From Balanoglossus misakiensis (lineage: Eukaryota > Animalia > Hemichordata): a stretch of 64,000 nucleotides of DNA. The translations under genes were made by a program, and so were the position numbers. Below are positions 49,521 to 62,136 of this stretch, piece after piece. Under the pieces are notes generated by a model. That model was given only the letters and a program-made list of their open reading frames with translations. It was not told the DNA's origin and ran no database searches. Numbering within the stretch: position 1 is the first letter of the stretch; each line of letters begins with the position of its first letter. Location of the stretch: NCBI GenBank assembly GCA_040954595.2, contig CM082576.2, positions 16,539,028 to 16,603,027 on the forward strand. Direction: 5' to 3'.

Positions 49521-52500
49521 CAGTAACACTTTACCCTGTCATGTTTCATTCTGTGCACAGAGGTGAGCCGAAAAGGGAAACATACTCTCATCTCTGAGAC
49601 TGACACCACTCTTTTCTATAAACGTTGATTGGTTGTGCATATTGACGCCAGACTAAGTGCTTCAACAAGATATATTCACGACTACCAGAGATACATCAAA
49701 CTGGAAAATAAATGAAGACACAGTCACGTCTATAATAGCCGTCCATTCTACTTTATGTGAAACGTTATGTACTCACCATATTAGAAGAAGAATACAATGT
49801 ATGTGTTGACGGTTTGCATGTAGCATATATGTGAATGACGCTGCACAGAAGCACCACAGTTAACCTTTAAGTTATGAGAATTACAACCTATTGAGTGACT
49901 TCTGACTAAATAATCTAACCTCAGCTGTGCACAGCTTTCGTTCAAATAAAGTAACTCATAACAGCGACAGATAATTCAAAATTAATCGAGAACGACTCCA
50001 GGAATTCAGGATTTATAAACTGTCTTTGAGTGTCACAGTGTGATATCGACACAGTTGGAGTAACGGTTGCGTGTTATGTACCAAGGCCAATCCATTTACA
50101 CGTAGTACTACTTTATTCGCATTGACTTCCATGGGGCCTGTTGGCATATGCCGTTTTCGCGCGTCCCGGGGCGAACAGATCGGAATATTTATTCCATTCG
50201 AATATCAATTCTATTATTTAAACCACGTCTGGCTGCTGATCGACTCGGTAGTAACATTCCAGTTAAACAGCATTGACCAAAAGTGCATGGTTGTCTTGTT
50301 CGATAACTTCAGGGATTCTATTCGGGTCGCATCTCTTTTGTGTGATCCATTCTCCACAAACGTGAAATGCGTCACATTGCAGCCTGAACACTATACCTTT
50401 AATTATTAGTGCAGAATTCACCGCAGGTTTTCTTTGACAGAAGCTGACCCTTGCCCATCTCCCGGCCCCCCTGCCCGACGACTCTTGTATGTCCTCGCCT
50501 TTGAACTCAACGCGTTCGTTCTTTCAGCGTTGACCGCCCCTTTGATTAAGAACCGTATTATCAGATCAGCCTCGAGAGTTGTATGATGAAGTAAAACATA
50601 CCTATCATTACCATATCAAAAGAGATTACTCCAAACTCCGTGTTGTACATGATATACACTTGAATTTGCAAAAGAAGGATACGTCCAGTCTAATTGAATT
50701 TAGTACCTCGTCTTATATGCCAAATGAAACGACCTTTCAACGTCGTTTTGTTTCAAATCTCATCGCTGTTATCCCGTGAGAAGTGTTTGGCCAATCTTCA
50801 CAATACCCTCACTGTGAGACTGTGCCTTGTATTATGTACATTGACGCCCCCTCTTTGATGATAACAAAACGGTGGTAGTGTTTATGTTGACCTTACACTC
50901 ACCTAGCACAGATAAAAACACTAGATAGTCTTAACTACGTGGTGTTGGTTTATAATCTAGAGTAGACGGTTTTCGAACCTTGCAGACAATTTTTCTAAAG
51001 TCTGTAGGAGTAATACACGTTTATGCTGTAAGTAAATGTTTCCACATTAATGTGGAGGGGGGGGGGGAGACTTGAATAACTAACTACGCAACGTCTAAAA
51101 TCAAGTCTATAGCTCGGGCGAACTTCTGTCTTCAAAAATAATCGTGATAAATCGGATACACTCACCGTGTTATACTTTCCGAAATCCGTGCATGTACAGC
51201 CGATTTCTTAATGTAACCGGTTTCGGGGTAGTAGAGGGACTTTTTGAAATAAGTAGACCAATCTGGACACATGTTACATGCCTAAAGGTTCTCAACCCTT
51301 CATATGTAAATTAAATTCGACTGACAGTTAACTCCATTCATAACACGATTTATAGTTCTAAGTGGCTTTGTGATTCCATAAATGTTAATCGGTTATATTC
51401 ATTTCCATGAGGTGCACAGGAAGAAACCTGTCGATTGTCCTTGGAACCCGCAATGTTTTGATTTGAACACAAACAGGAGCGTCAAACGAATGTAAAGGCC
51501 GGGCAACGGCTACAGAGATGCGCCACAACTGTCGTCATTCACAGAAAGTAACCCGCTGGGGGGATTTCTTTATAGGTGTTATTCACGATGGTTTCCTAAA
51601 AACTGTAGCGCCAACACTGATGGGATCAAGCTGTACAAAGCCTCAACACACTTAACCTATGTGACCCAACATAGCATACACACTATAGGATGGTACGTAC
51701 CCATCTTTACGTATATGTGCGCAGTACGTAAGTACGTACATACATACATTCTCTGACTGTATATCCCTAATTGGAAATAAATATTTAAACAATATGGAAA
51801 TTAGACATTCACATAAGCTTATGACAAAAGGTAAAACACTTTCATAAGTGTTATGATTAACATCTGCAGCAAGATTTGTCAAATTTGATGCAGCCATTAG
51901 GACAACTTATTATGAAATCATGATTTGTGTACATGTAAAATTAGCACAAACAAGAATGACCACACCCATTTCGACAGAATGTGTGTACTAATACGATAAG
52001 CCCTTCTTGAAATGTTGTTCACAGACACACAGACAGACAGACAGGCAGACAGACAGACATAGACACATACAGATAGACATCGGTATGATGATAGCTCTCC
52101 GTTGATGACACAGCGCCCGAGGTAAAAGGGAGTAGTATTAGGCTGTCTGTAGAGCGTATACGTTAGCTTTTACATTCAGGTGTTTCGGGTATAGTTGTTT
52201 ATTCTGACTCGGACAATATAATCCGAACCCAATGACGCCCTAACTGAAGAGATCATCTTGCTTTTCTATTTCACAAAAACCGTGGTAAATGTAAGACAAA
52301 TCATTTCATTGTGAATAACAATCAATAGAGCGGCAGTGGGGTTTTTATTCCGTGATATAATAGAGCGTCCCAAAGGTTACCGGTGCATTATATTGCATGT
52401 CACTTACACTCCATAGGGCCCTGACTACAAATAAACAGGCATTTGAATAATACGTCCTATCAAGATTCGATAAACGTATCAGTAAGAATTATAAACTGAC

Positions 52501-53294
52501 AAAGTGTTAACAAGTCGGCCAAATGATTTGAATTGTAACTCTGCCTTATCACTACACCAACGTTCATAATAGAAATTCGTTTGTTAATAAACTAGTCAGT
52601 AAAACACCCAAGGTTAGTAACTTGACCTTATCGGGACGAGGGACGACACTTGTGTGGCATCTTCAGAAACCCTTGAGTCAACAATTGTAATAATAACCTT
52701 AAGATAACTACAATTGTGAAAAGACCGTAGGTTGGTTCAAGAGAATGTGTATTCAGGGGGCCAAGGTGAATAAGTCGGGGTAAAGTTCTTCCAATGCGTT
52801 GGTGGTTGGATGGATTGGTCGTTCAGAGCAAACGAGAACTTGATGACTATCGGCAGAATAAAAAGTTTGACCCGAGTTCCATAATTCTCTGGTGGCGCTG
52901 GCTATGTGTATTTATTTGTCAGGTTTTTTTTGATTGATCAGTTTTTGTCTTTAACTTTAAGTGTCTGTATCCAGTTGTTATCTCTTTTTATAATTTATGA
53001 AGTCTTAATATATACGGAGTTTTAATTGTAAGAACGTGGAAATAAGTTTATTATTCTTGTGATATTGTTTTACTTGGATGAACTTAGCTTTCCTGGGAAT
53101 ACTGATGACTGTTTTATGCATGGTGGTATCCCTGCAGTACACATAGCGGTGACTGTTGCAAGAGTACACAATTATCGTGGCATGCGTACATGGTTATTAA
53201 GATCCCCACAGAGTCAAAATCACGACGATATGAAGATTTAATTATTTTATCGAATTTGATAATATGGTAGGGGCAGCAGCTATTGGGGATTTAA

Positions 53295-54032
53295 GGTGGC
53301 ATTGCATGAAAAGTTGTGATTTTTGCCAAATTTTACATTTTTTACATAAATCGGTAGGCCTAATACTGACCCACACCCTGACTAATACGTCTTGGCGGAA
53401 ATGGTGCATAATCACCCCAAAATAGCACTTTTCTGAATGAGTTCACAGCTTAACAAATAGGTGTCAACAATGCAAATGGCCGTTTTTCTCAGTTTGCATT
53501 TTCGCTGCTCTTGACAACTTCAGACGAAAATAGCTTCGCTCTGCGTTGGCCGAATTTGCTCAAATTTTAACTGGGGATTGTGTATGACCCATCCAACAAA
53601 ACGGTATTTTTGTTAGTCGAGAAAGTGTCCCTGGCGGGAATAAACTCTGATTCAATACAACTCGCCGTGAATTTGATCAAATTTTACTAAAAATCTAACT
53701 TACAAACGCTGTTACTCCTCAATGGAAGCAGATAACGCAAAACAAAATTACCGTTTTTTTGCACGTGTACTCTAGTTTCGAATGACATATTAAGATGCAT
53801 GATGCATGGTCAACTTTTTTACCTATTTTAAATTTCATGACATAATATCAAAAAATGTTTTTTTTTTTCACCCAAAATCGCCACCATTTCCGGGGATCAA
53901 TAATATTTGCAACTCAAACAAAAGTTCAAAATCTCAGCTTCCAGAATATATATGGTTTATGGGGGTTTTAACTTTGTCTTTGATGAGAAATAGGCCTCTG
54001 AAAAAGTCTCGACGGTTTCATGCAATGCCACA
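53295..54032 (-). mobile_element. same ~735-bp TIR element, copy 2, inverted
   Basis: TTAA on both sides (53291-53294, 54033-54036); only scattered single-base differences from copy 1. Confidence 0.85.
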
Positions 54033-54173
54033 TTAAGGATTATGTTCATTGCATGTACGCGGATCCATGGGTATTCGCAACCCAGTATGATGTGAAGGCT
54101 TGGTGATGTAGCTGATACGAGCTGTACTTTCTCGGATCCTTGAACGAGTCTTGTTACACCACACCGAGTCTTA

Positions 54174-54439
54174 GGCCAAAAAATAATATGGCTGTTCCGA
54201 TTACATGGCTTTCAAAAATAAGGTAGGTAGGTCGGGAATTTTTTTTCATATCTTTGGCCGCCGTAGTGTAGAAGAATGAGGTCATTGTTCTTGCGTGATT
54301 CTCGCAATTTTCATAAATGTTGTATATTTGACATCGTTATTTTACTTCCGGCTTATGAAGCTCTAAAAAGTTTAGGGTCGGCGGGCTAAAATTAGGGTAG
54401 GTCGGGTAATCGGAGCAGCACACATTTTTTTATTTGACC
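54174..54439. mobile_element. PIF/Harbinger-like MITE
   Basis: TTA|GGCCAAAAAAT...TTTTTATTTGACC|TTA with internal GGTAGGTCGGG repeats. Confidence 0.6.
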
Positions 54440-54750
54440 TTATGCGTACCGTCGGACAACCAGTTTAGTTTTGAAGCTACTACAACTCAGACGGACCAAT
54501 GTGTTTATCTCTTGAAATAATTCAGTTCCAGAAATTTCACAAAACTCCCATATATTTTTTGCATTATGGGTGCTTCTCAGACATTTGATCGTGTGATTCA
54601 CTTTTTAAGAAACTCTTATTGACAAAAAAAATCCTGTTTTTTTGTACGATTAATTGTTTTCCGGTACAGATCTCAGCGAGCGTATGTTAAATTGGGTAAT
54701 GTGCAAATTCTCCATATTTAGACGGTTTTCGTCAGGAGGTATTCTCTCAC

Positions 54751-54826
54751 TAGTCTGGTCCCCTGCCCCATTCCCACCACTGGCTGCGCTACGCCAGCGG
54801 TGGGAATGGGGGAAGGGACCAGGCTA
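54751..54826. mobile_element. 76-bp hairpin MITE with 9-bp TSD (TAG...CTA termini)
   Basis: TAGTCTGGTCCC...GGGACCAGGCTA; TSD TTCTCTCAC at 54742-54750 and 54827-54835. Confidence 0.8.
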
Positions 54827-56084
54827 TTCTCTCACCACTTTCATTTAATGTCTCTATCGATGAGCTGAGCTCTCGTATATGTCCACGTGTAATGTTGGGT
54901 GCTTGCTTGGTGGCAGTATACTGATGCCTATCCCATGTATTAACCATCTCCAGTCCGTCAAGCAAAGGTTTGCAAAAACTTATCTCGGCCGGCTCTGAGG
55001 CTTCATGGGATAGAATATGATATCCTTTGTAATCAGAGAAAATGTGTATATTATTGTAATTCCCGGTGGTTTTACACTTTTATATATGCCTAATATTTAT
55101 CGTAATGGTGAGAAGTTTACTTTTGTTAACTCGTATACAAATCTGCAGGGCGTTTTCATAGTCAGCTGCTACAAGGATGATGACGACATAAAGAGACAAG
55201 TGCGGTTATACATGTAGGCCACGCTGCATACAATTCCGATGACCCCGTGCGACCCAGATAGTTTAGTTAGTCATATAATAACTGGAGTGACGTCATCTAG
55301 TTTGGTTAGGCAAAATTAAAGTACTATGGCCAACCCCTCACAGTTTGGCCAATATCATTTGACTAACTAAACTTAGTCTGATATGCTCACTCCAGTTCGG
55401 CAGTCTCACCACTAGATGAAAGATTAAGGCTGACCATAGACTATACTTGTATTTTGTATTATTATCATACATAAAATTTATTGTTTTGTGAAACAGGTTG
55501 ACTGAGTAGACGGTGTCTTGGCCCCAGGTCCATCTTTGTGTCCAAAATGTTGAAATATATTTTAAAACCTTTGTGCATATTTGAAGCTATCATGCAACTT
55601 GACTTTCAGGTTTATAAATAAATATTTTGAAAATCATGCTGGACTGCTAAAATTCAACACATCAAGGTGACAGTATACTGTATATGTGTGCGGCCATCTG
55701 GAAATTTGGGGCAAAAAATGACAAAATCCAACATGTTTGGAGATTTGTCAAAAGTCAGAAAGTTCAGTGAACGTGGTACTGTAATTAAAAAAAACACCAT
55801 GAAATTGGTTGAGATGTTTGTCAATATTGTAAAGTTTATTTTAATATGGACTTAAGCAAGAGAATAGCCAAAATTATTGTGCTTGATTCCACATTGCTCA
55901 TTAATATAATTATGACATTAAACATTAATGAACGGCATATCGCCCCTCATTTCTTCAATAATCAAGTGTAATAGGAGAAAACTTTCAATGCAGCATGGTA
56001 GAAAGTCAAAGTTCTGCCAAAGTCAGGCCGTAACATTTGATTTGAGGTTTGGCCAATAAATATTGCAAGAGATGGTTCAAAGCA

Positions 56085-57216
56085 TTAAAGAGACAAAGTC
56101 TGTCTCTAGCTGCCCCTTTTCCATTAAGGCTGCATTCACAAACACCTCTGGAGGGGGGGGGGGAATTGAGGGGGGGATTTGAAAAAATTGAGGGTATGTA
56201 AGGGGGGGATTTGAAATAATTTAGGGACTGAAAGGGGGGGGACTTGAAAACTTTGACGACTAAATATTTATTTTGAGTCCACAAAAATGCAGTTTCGCGC
56301 CCTTTATTTTACAAAATTTTCTAACACCCACCCCCTCCATTCATCAACACCTTTCAATCATTGACTGGTTTATCTAGTGTCCCAGGTCAGGGGACTTGCC
56401 CCCACCCCATGATAACTTTGAGCGGCGATGGTTAAATTTGTCCTCCCCAACATACCGGTAGTTGAGTTAATTTGCTTTTGCCGGGTTTATTAAAATGCAG
56501 CTTTGAGCTCTGTATTTTATAAAATTTTCTTACAAGGGAGGGGGACAACCCCTCCCACACCCACCCCCTTCAATTCTCGGTTTACAATGTCTCCCAACAC
56601 AAAATACAAATACTTAAAACATTAAAACAATGTTCAGTTTTAATACCCACTGATGAGGGGAAACATCAGTTTTAAATTCTTTTCATGGGAGCGCTGTTTT
56701 TCTTTATTACAAGATAGATAGGTGATGTGTTTTGCTCTGTGAAAGAAAATGGGGGGGGGGGATTTCAAAATTTTGGCAGTTTGGAAGGGGGGGGGATTTC
56801 AAAATATTTCGGGTTGTGTAGGGGGGCATGTGAAAATTAGCGGTAAGAAAAATTGAATTCTCCCGCCCCCCCCCCCCCCCTCCAGAGGTGTTTGTGAATG
56901 CAGCCTAATGATGTTTGATACAAGACACTGTTTATGCTATTCTACATGTGGATATACATGTACAGTGAATAACGTTCAACCACACACAACTTCCATCCCA
57001 CTTGTAGGATATGAGAGTAAAAATCTCGCCAAAATGAAACGGTAGAGACCAATTATTCATTTGGGCGAGCTTTTCACTCTCGTGTCTACAAGTGGGATGG
57101 CAATAGTGTGGTTGAACGTTGATTCACTATATACCAACATGTACATAAACAGTGTCCCGTATCAAACATAATTAATGGAAAAAGGGCAGCGAGAGAGAGA
57201 GACTTTGTCCCTTTAA
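56085..57216. mobile_element. family A MITE carrying a nested insertion
   Basis: Left arm 56085-56127; family A sequence resumes at 56906 and ends GACTTTGTCCCTTTAA. Confidence 0.85.
56128..56905. mobile_element. 778-bp PIF/Harbinger-like MITE nested in family A MITE
   Basis: TIR GGCTGCATTCACAAACACCTCTGGA plus G-run; 3-bp TAA duplication at 56125-56127 and 56906-56908; repeated GGGGGGATTT(G/C)AAA subterminal motifs. Confidence 0.85.
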
Positions 57217-57261
57217 AAGCATTTGCATATACGTCTGGCGCAAGTAAGCAGTGTATAATAA

Positions 57262-59482
57262 TCATGTCATTTGTGGTGAGATGTAGCTGAATAGTTTCTC
57301 GATAGCCGCTGTGCCAAAGCTCGATTGCTCTTCAGAGGGAACACCATGGATGAACGGTGGGAACATCTTCCACCGATTTCCACAATAATGGAATGCCTTC
57401 AGTTTACACAAAGATTTCACTGTCGGCGGGAGACAGATCAAATTGTTGTTCTGTACGCCCAGTTCCTCTAACGATGTCAGTCCTCCTATTTCAGGGGGCA
57501 AACGCTGTAATAAGTTGTTGGCAATCTTCAAAACTCTGAGGCTCTTACTCATAGATCCTACTAGTACATCGGCGGGCAGTTCTCTCAGTAAATTGGATGA
57601 CGCATCCAATATCTGCAAACGAGACAGATTCTTCAACCCTTCTGGCAGATCAATCAGTCTATTCTGGGCCAAGTTCAATTCTTTCAGATTTCCCATTCTT
57701 TCCACAGCAGATGGGAATGTAACGAGTCTGTTACAACTGACATCAAGAGTTGTAAGCTTTGAGAGCTGGTGACATATATGCGTGGGAAATTCTTCAAGGG
57801 AGTTGTTGGATAAGTCAGGGCTCGAAATTCGCGGTAGCCCCGCGTCCACAGACTACCAATGTTTGCGATCGGGCTACCAATTTGACACCAGTGGTAGCCC
57901 GATTGGGCTACCATGCGTGCGACGTATCTTGGACTTGTTACAGTTTATAATGATACAACCAGCAGTGTTTTCTCCAGGACGCGCGATTCCCCCTCTTTTA
58001 CACTTGAATCGCCCCTTGTAACAAGTTCAAGGGGCGACCATCGCCCCTTCTTGAGCAGCCCACCCGGCCAGTACATGCACGTCCAAGCCTCCATAGCACG
58101 CACCGTCAGTCAAAACACTGGGAAAACGGCCGATATTACTGCGTGCTGGCCTATACATTTTAACTTCCCACCCCCCAAAACTATGTTGTAGATGACTTTC
58201 ACATTCATTCACGTGTAATTTAGCTCCAGGGCTATAGTGTGCAATTGTTGGAACAGCCTATCTGGACACCGTCTAAATTTAGAGCACACACTCTGCACTC
58301 AAGTGATGGCTGAACGTAACAATTTTATGCAAATTAAAAGAACTGCGTTCATCTCAGTTTTCCATGACCTTGTTTGGAAGGAAAGTCATTCAATATGTAG
58401 AGACTGTCCATTTGAGTAGTGTGCTTAGCCACAGATGGGAAGTGTTGGCAGAAATCTGAAGGAATATATACTACTTCAATTTATTTCACTATAATAATGG
58501 TTTCAAAATCTATTATTTTGGCAGCTAAAAAAACTGAAACTTTTAAAATCAAACAAGAATTTTTTTACTGGGTATAGTATTAAAGAAAGACACTATTGTT
58601 TTTGCAGTTGCATTTATTTTATTCATTTCACTCTCCTTGCCAGGGGAGCAGTTAGTCACTCTCCTACCACTTGTGTAATTAATTTCAGGAGAGTTATTTT
58701 CAGCTCTCCAGGCTTTTTTAAATTACATGCCCTGAAAGTTATGCAAGTTGGTGTCTTCCTCTGCAAAACCTACTAATTTAAAGAAGAAAAAACTGTAACT
58801 GTTAATTTGTTGTCAAGTTCACATGTAAAATGTTGTAATTTACTAATACTGTTTTTAATATGGAATGAAGGCAGTTAGTAAGTTAACGTTCAAAATTGTC
58901 AATCGTGACATTTACTTCGACCAAATCCCCCTTAATTTTGGACTAAGGGGGGACATTTCCCCTTCTCTCAACATCCTGGAGAAAACACTGGGTTCAACCG
59001 GCCGCGGACTCGTGTGCATTTTGACACGTGTCAATCAACAATATAATTGTTCACCATAGCAGTATGTATATTAAAAATTTACCAACGTTCTCAAACAGAT
59101 ATAGACCTGCTACCGTACATGTAGCAGTATACAATGTACATTGATTTATCATTGTATTATGTGGACTACCAGCTATTGCTCTTGGGCTACCAACTTTAGA
59201 AAATGGTAGCCCACTGAGGCTACCAAGAAAAAAAACGAATTTCGAGCCCTGTAAGTCCAACGTCTGTAACCGCGTCAGATCTCCTAGTTCCGTGGGGACT
59301 GTCCCTCGCAGACCACATCCGCTGAGGTAGATGTGATTTAACTGTTCGAGTTTCGCGAACACTTCTGGTGGTATGCGAGATAGTTTGTGGTTGTTCAGCG
59401 ACAGACATCTGGTGTTTCTGGACTCCACAATTCGACTGTGCAGAAAACACTCCAGCTGGTTGTAATATTCCAGGTTACTCAT
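57262..59482 (-). pseudogene. leucine-rich-repeat protein gene (259 aa when reconstructed) interrupted by a DNA-transposon insertion
   Basis: 59482-59252 (77 codons, ending RLQTLDL) joined to 57810-57262 (SNNSLEEF... to stop) gives an uninterrupted LxxLxLxxNxL repeat. The intervening DNA has no GT-AG ends but has TIRs and a TSD. Confidence 0.8.
57816..59251. mobile_element. 1436-bp non-autonomous hAT-like DNA transposon with 5-bp TSD
   Basis: 16-bp perfect TIR CAGGGCTCGAAATTCG; TSD TAAGT at 57811-57815 and 59252-59256; repeated subterminal GGTAGCCC/GGGCTACC motifs at both ends; no transposase ORF recognised. Confidence 0.9.
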
Positions 59483-60881
59483 GATGGCCGTTCTGTTTAC
59501 GACTGCAACATAAAAGGTTGAAAACCATTAATGAGAAGTAAAATGTTCAGACTTGTTTTTTGCGCTTCAGATATCTTCATGAGTAATAGTTATACACTGG
59601 TTCAACCAGGTGTCCTTATTTACATCATTTTCACAATCACTTCTAAAAGAGAGGATGGAGGAATACATGTACCGTTATACGGTAATATCAAAATTACTAA
59701 TCCAATTCAGTTTTCAATCTCCTATTTTCAATAGGTCTGGGTCGTAGATTTGTCTTGTGAACAACAGTTGTGCAAATCATGAGTACATATATGGTGATTG
59801 GCTGCAATGCTATGAAAAATCTTCCGATGACTGTGTTGCTAAGAGTCGTCGTGCCATGGTGCATTGTCGTTTGGTCAGTCAATCAGTCGACCGCTGAAGT
59901 CATGTGTACAGGTGGGGGAGGGGAGGGGAGGGGCGGGAGATTGGACTATGCATAATATTAAATTGGTCGACCGCGACCGCAGTCTTTCTGGAGTGACGCT
60001 CCATTATGATTAGGGATTGTGAGATTTTGGCCCGAGTGGTTTCGGCCTTCAATATTCACGGTTCCGGCCGACACGACCTGTTACCGGATTAGGAATGCAA
60101 GTATGCAACCATGGTCACCGTGATGAAACGGTGTAAAAAATATTGTAAGTTTTTACTAGCAAATCCGATGGAATGTCAGTGACATGCAGTCTAGCTGCAA
60201 TGATTGTAGCGTGTGTTGCCCTACCGACAGTCAACCTAGCAGCACCCGCTACAATCATTGCAGCTAGCAGTCATCGTGTTGAAAATCAATTCTCTAATTA
60301 CCTTAAAACTGGAAGTAGACATTTCATGCAACGTTGCTAATGATCAAACCGGTCGAGGCCGTGTTATCCATTTCAACTGTTTTTGGTTCAAGCGTAGCGC
60401 AAAAATATCTCGACTGACCTTTCACCCACAGGTATCCTCGTTCACAGCATCGTAAGACTTCCATATAACTGTTGTTCTTTTTAAACATCATTTTTGACAC
60501 ATATGTGTTTCATTTCGTCACATTTTTGCAGATGTTACATTTATTTGCGGAAAACTACACCGTATTACGGATCCGGAGTCAGCGAACGGGATAAACGTCG
60601 TTTTTGTATGTGGGAGCTTGGAAGTGGCCGCGCCGAGCATTAAGTAAGGGGAGAACCATTTGATTTCGGGGGTGGGTGGGGTGGGGGGTGGAGGATTTTT
60701 GAAGAAAAAAAAGTGTTGGCAGGTAGTGCGGAGAAGAAATGCATCTGACCGCCTACATGCCTTACTAGTAAAGTCTAGTATAGCAAGGTAGAAGGTCAGG
60801 CGGTAGGAAGAGTTCACCAAAAGAGGGCGCATTTTATCATCCATTGTTTAAAATGTGTAGTGTACGAGCAGAGAAGCCTCA

Positions 60882-61307
60882 TAGTCTCGGTTACCCAGAG
60901 CCCTCTGCTTCTTCCGTTAGGCACTCCAGAAAGAGGGTCTGGGGAAACCCAGTAGACAAATCGTCAGGCGGAATCGGGACAGCTGCGATGCATGACGGGA
61001 GATTAATATTCCAAAATGGCGACGTCCTGCGCGCGAACCCACGGCCGACATGTATGACATACGATAAAGAAAACATGCTGAGAAGTGCTAGACCTGCTAA
61101 AACTGTATACAAATTGAAAAGAGAGAGAGAAGTTTGGTAAATAGTTTTCTAATATCGTCATATCATAATATCGTATCGAATATTAATCTCCCGTCATGCA
61201 TCGCAGCTGTCCCGATTCCGCCTGACGATTTGTCTACCGGGTTTCCCCAGACCCTCTTTCTGGAGTGCCTAACGGAAGAAGCAGAGGGCTCTGGGTAACC
61301 GAGACTA
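60882..61307. mobile_element. 426-bp long-TIR element with 10-bp TSD (TAG...CTA termini)
   Basis: 130-bp TIRs (60882-61011, 61178-61307) with one mismatch seen; TSD AGAAGCCTCA at 60872-60881 and 61308-61317. Confidence 0.9.
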
Positions 61308-62136
61308 AGAAGCCTCAGTGTTCCGGTTAGAACCGTATCGGTAGGGCCTAAGACAAAGACAAAAGAGTTGACAGACAACAAATTTATTCAGTTTATATCA
61401 TACAATTCTTACTAAAACATTCCCTGAATAAAGCCCTGTGGTTTTAGGTTATGCTACATTGATTCAGATTTTAAATTTATTTGAAGCACCCAGTACACTG
61501 ATATAGCTGCGGTCAGTTCTACCGCGGTCCATGTTTAAGATTTTCTTATAAAACAGCTTTGATTGTTGATGTCATTATTCGTAGAAACCGCTTGTTATCA
61601 CAAGTATATCTCACGTAAAAATTAACAATATGATTATATCAGATGAGACCAATAAACACTTCATCACTTGAAAAGGATTCCGAGACCTTGATTCTAATAC
61701 ATTTTCAATCTTAACCACTTTCTAAAATATGAAACGTGTTTTTTTGGTCAAGTTCGCCTGCTTGATAGATATTCAGTCTACGACGTGTTGCACGAACAAA
61801 CTTATAAACTAAATCAAACAGGAAAAAAAATGAACTAACTTCAAACACTGTAAAGTTGACGGTTTTTCTAGAATATGCTATAATACGTCATAAGATTTTT
61901 TCATTGCTGGAACTGCTAGAATTCTTCCTCCAGTGTAAGAACAAATCGAAAAATACATTTGTTCACTATGTAGATTCAATTGCGCTAGTATATACTCACT
62001 TTATACATGTGTATTATATCAAATCAGTTATTTGATCGATTACAGTTTATGAGAAAACTTTCTAGTAATATGACATCACCGACTGTCTCTCCGTTCTGTT
62101 CAGTAACATCTTGTGACCTGTCGCCACGAAGACATT

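Noticed and set aside
56145-56250. Regularly spaced GGGGGGATTTGAAA repeats suggesting an array or CRISPR
   Set aside because: Subterminal repeats of a MITE in eukaryotic DNA; no spacer-length unique sequences and no cas genes.
57816-59251. Ordinary intron in the LRR gene
   Set aside because: On the coding strand it starts CA and ends TG, and has TIRs and a TSD.
60025-60085. tRNA-like GGCCCGAGTGGT
   Set aside because: No T-arm GTTCRA or cloverleaf.
60844-61381. Two ORFs sharing SLGYPEPSASSVRHSRKRVWGNP
   Set aside because: They read through the two arms of one TIR element; not a gene duplication.
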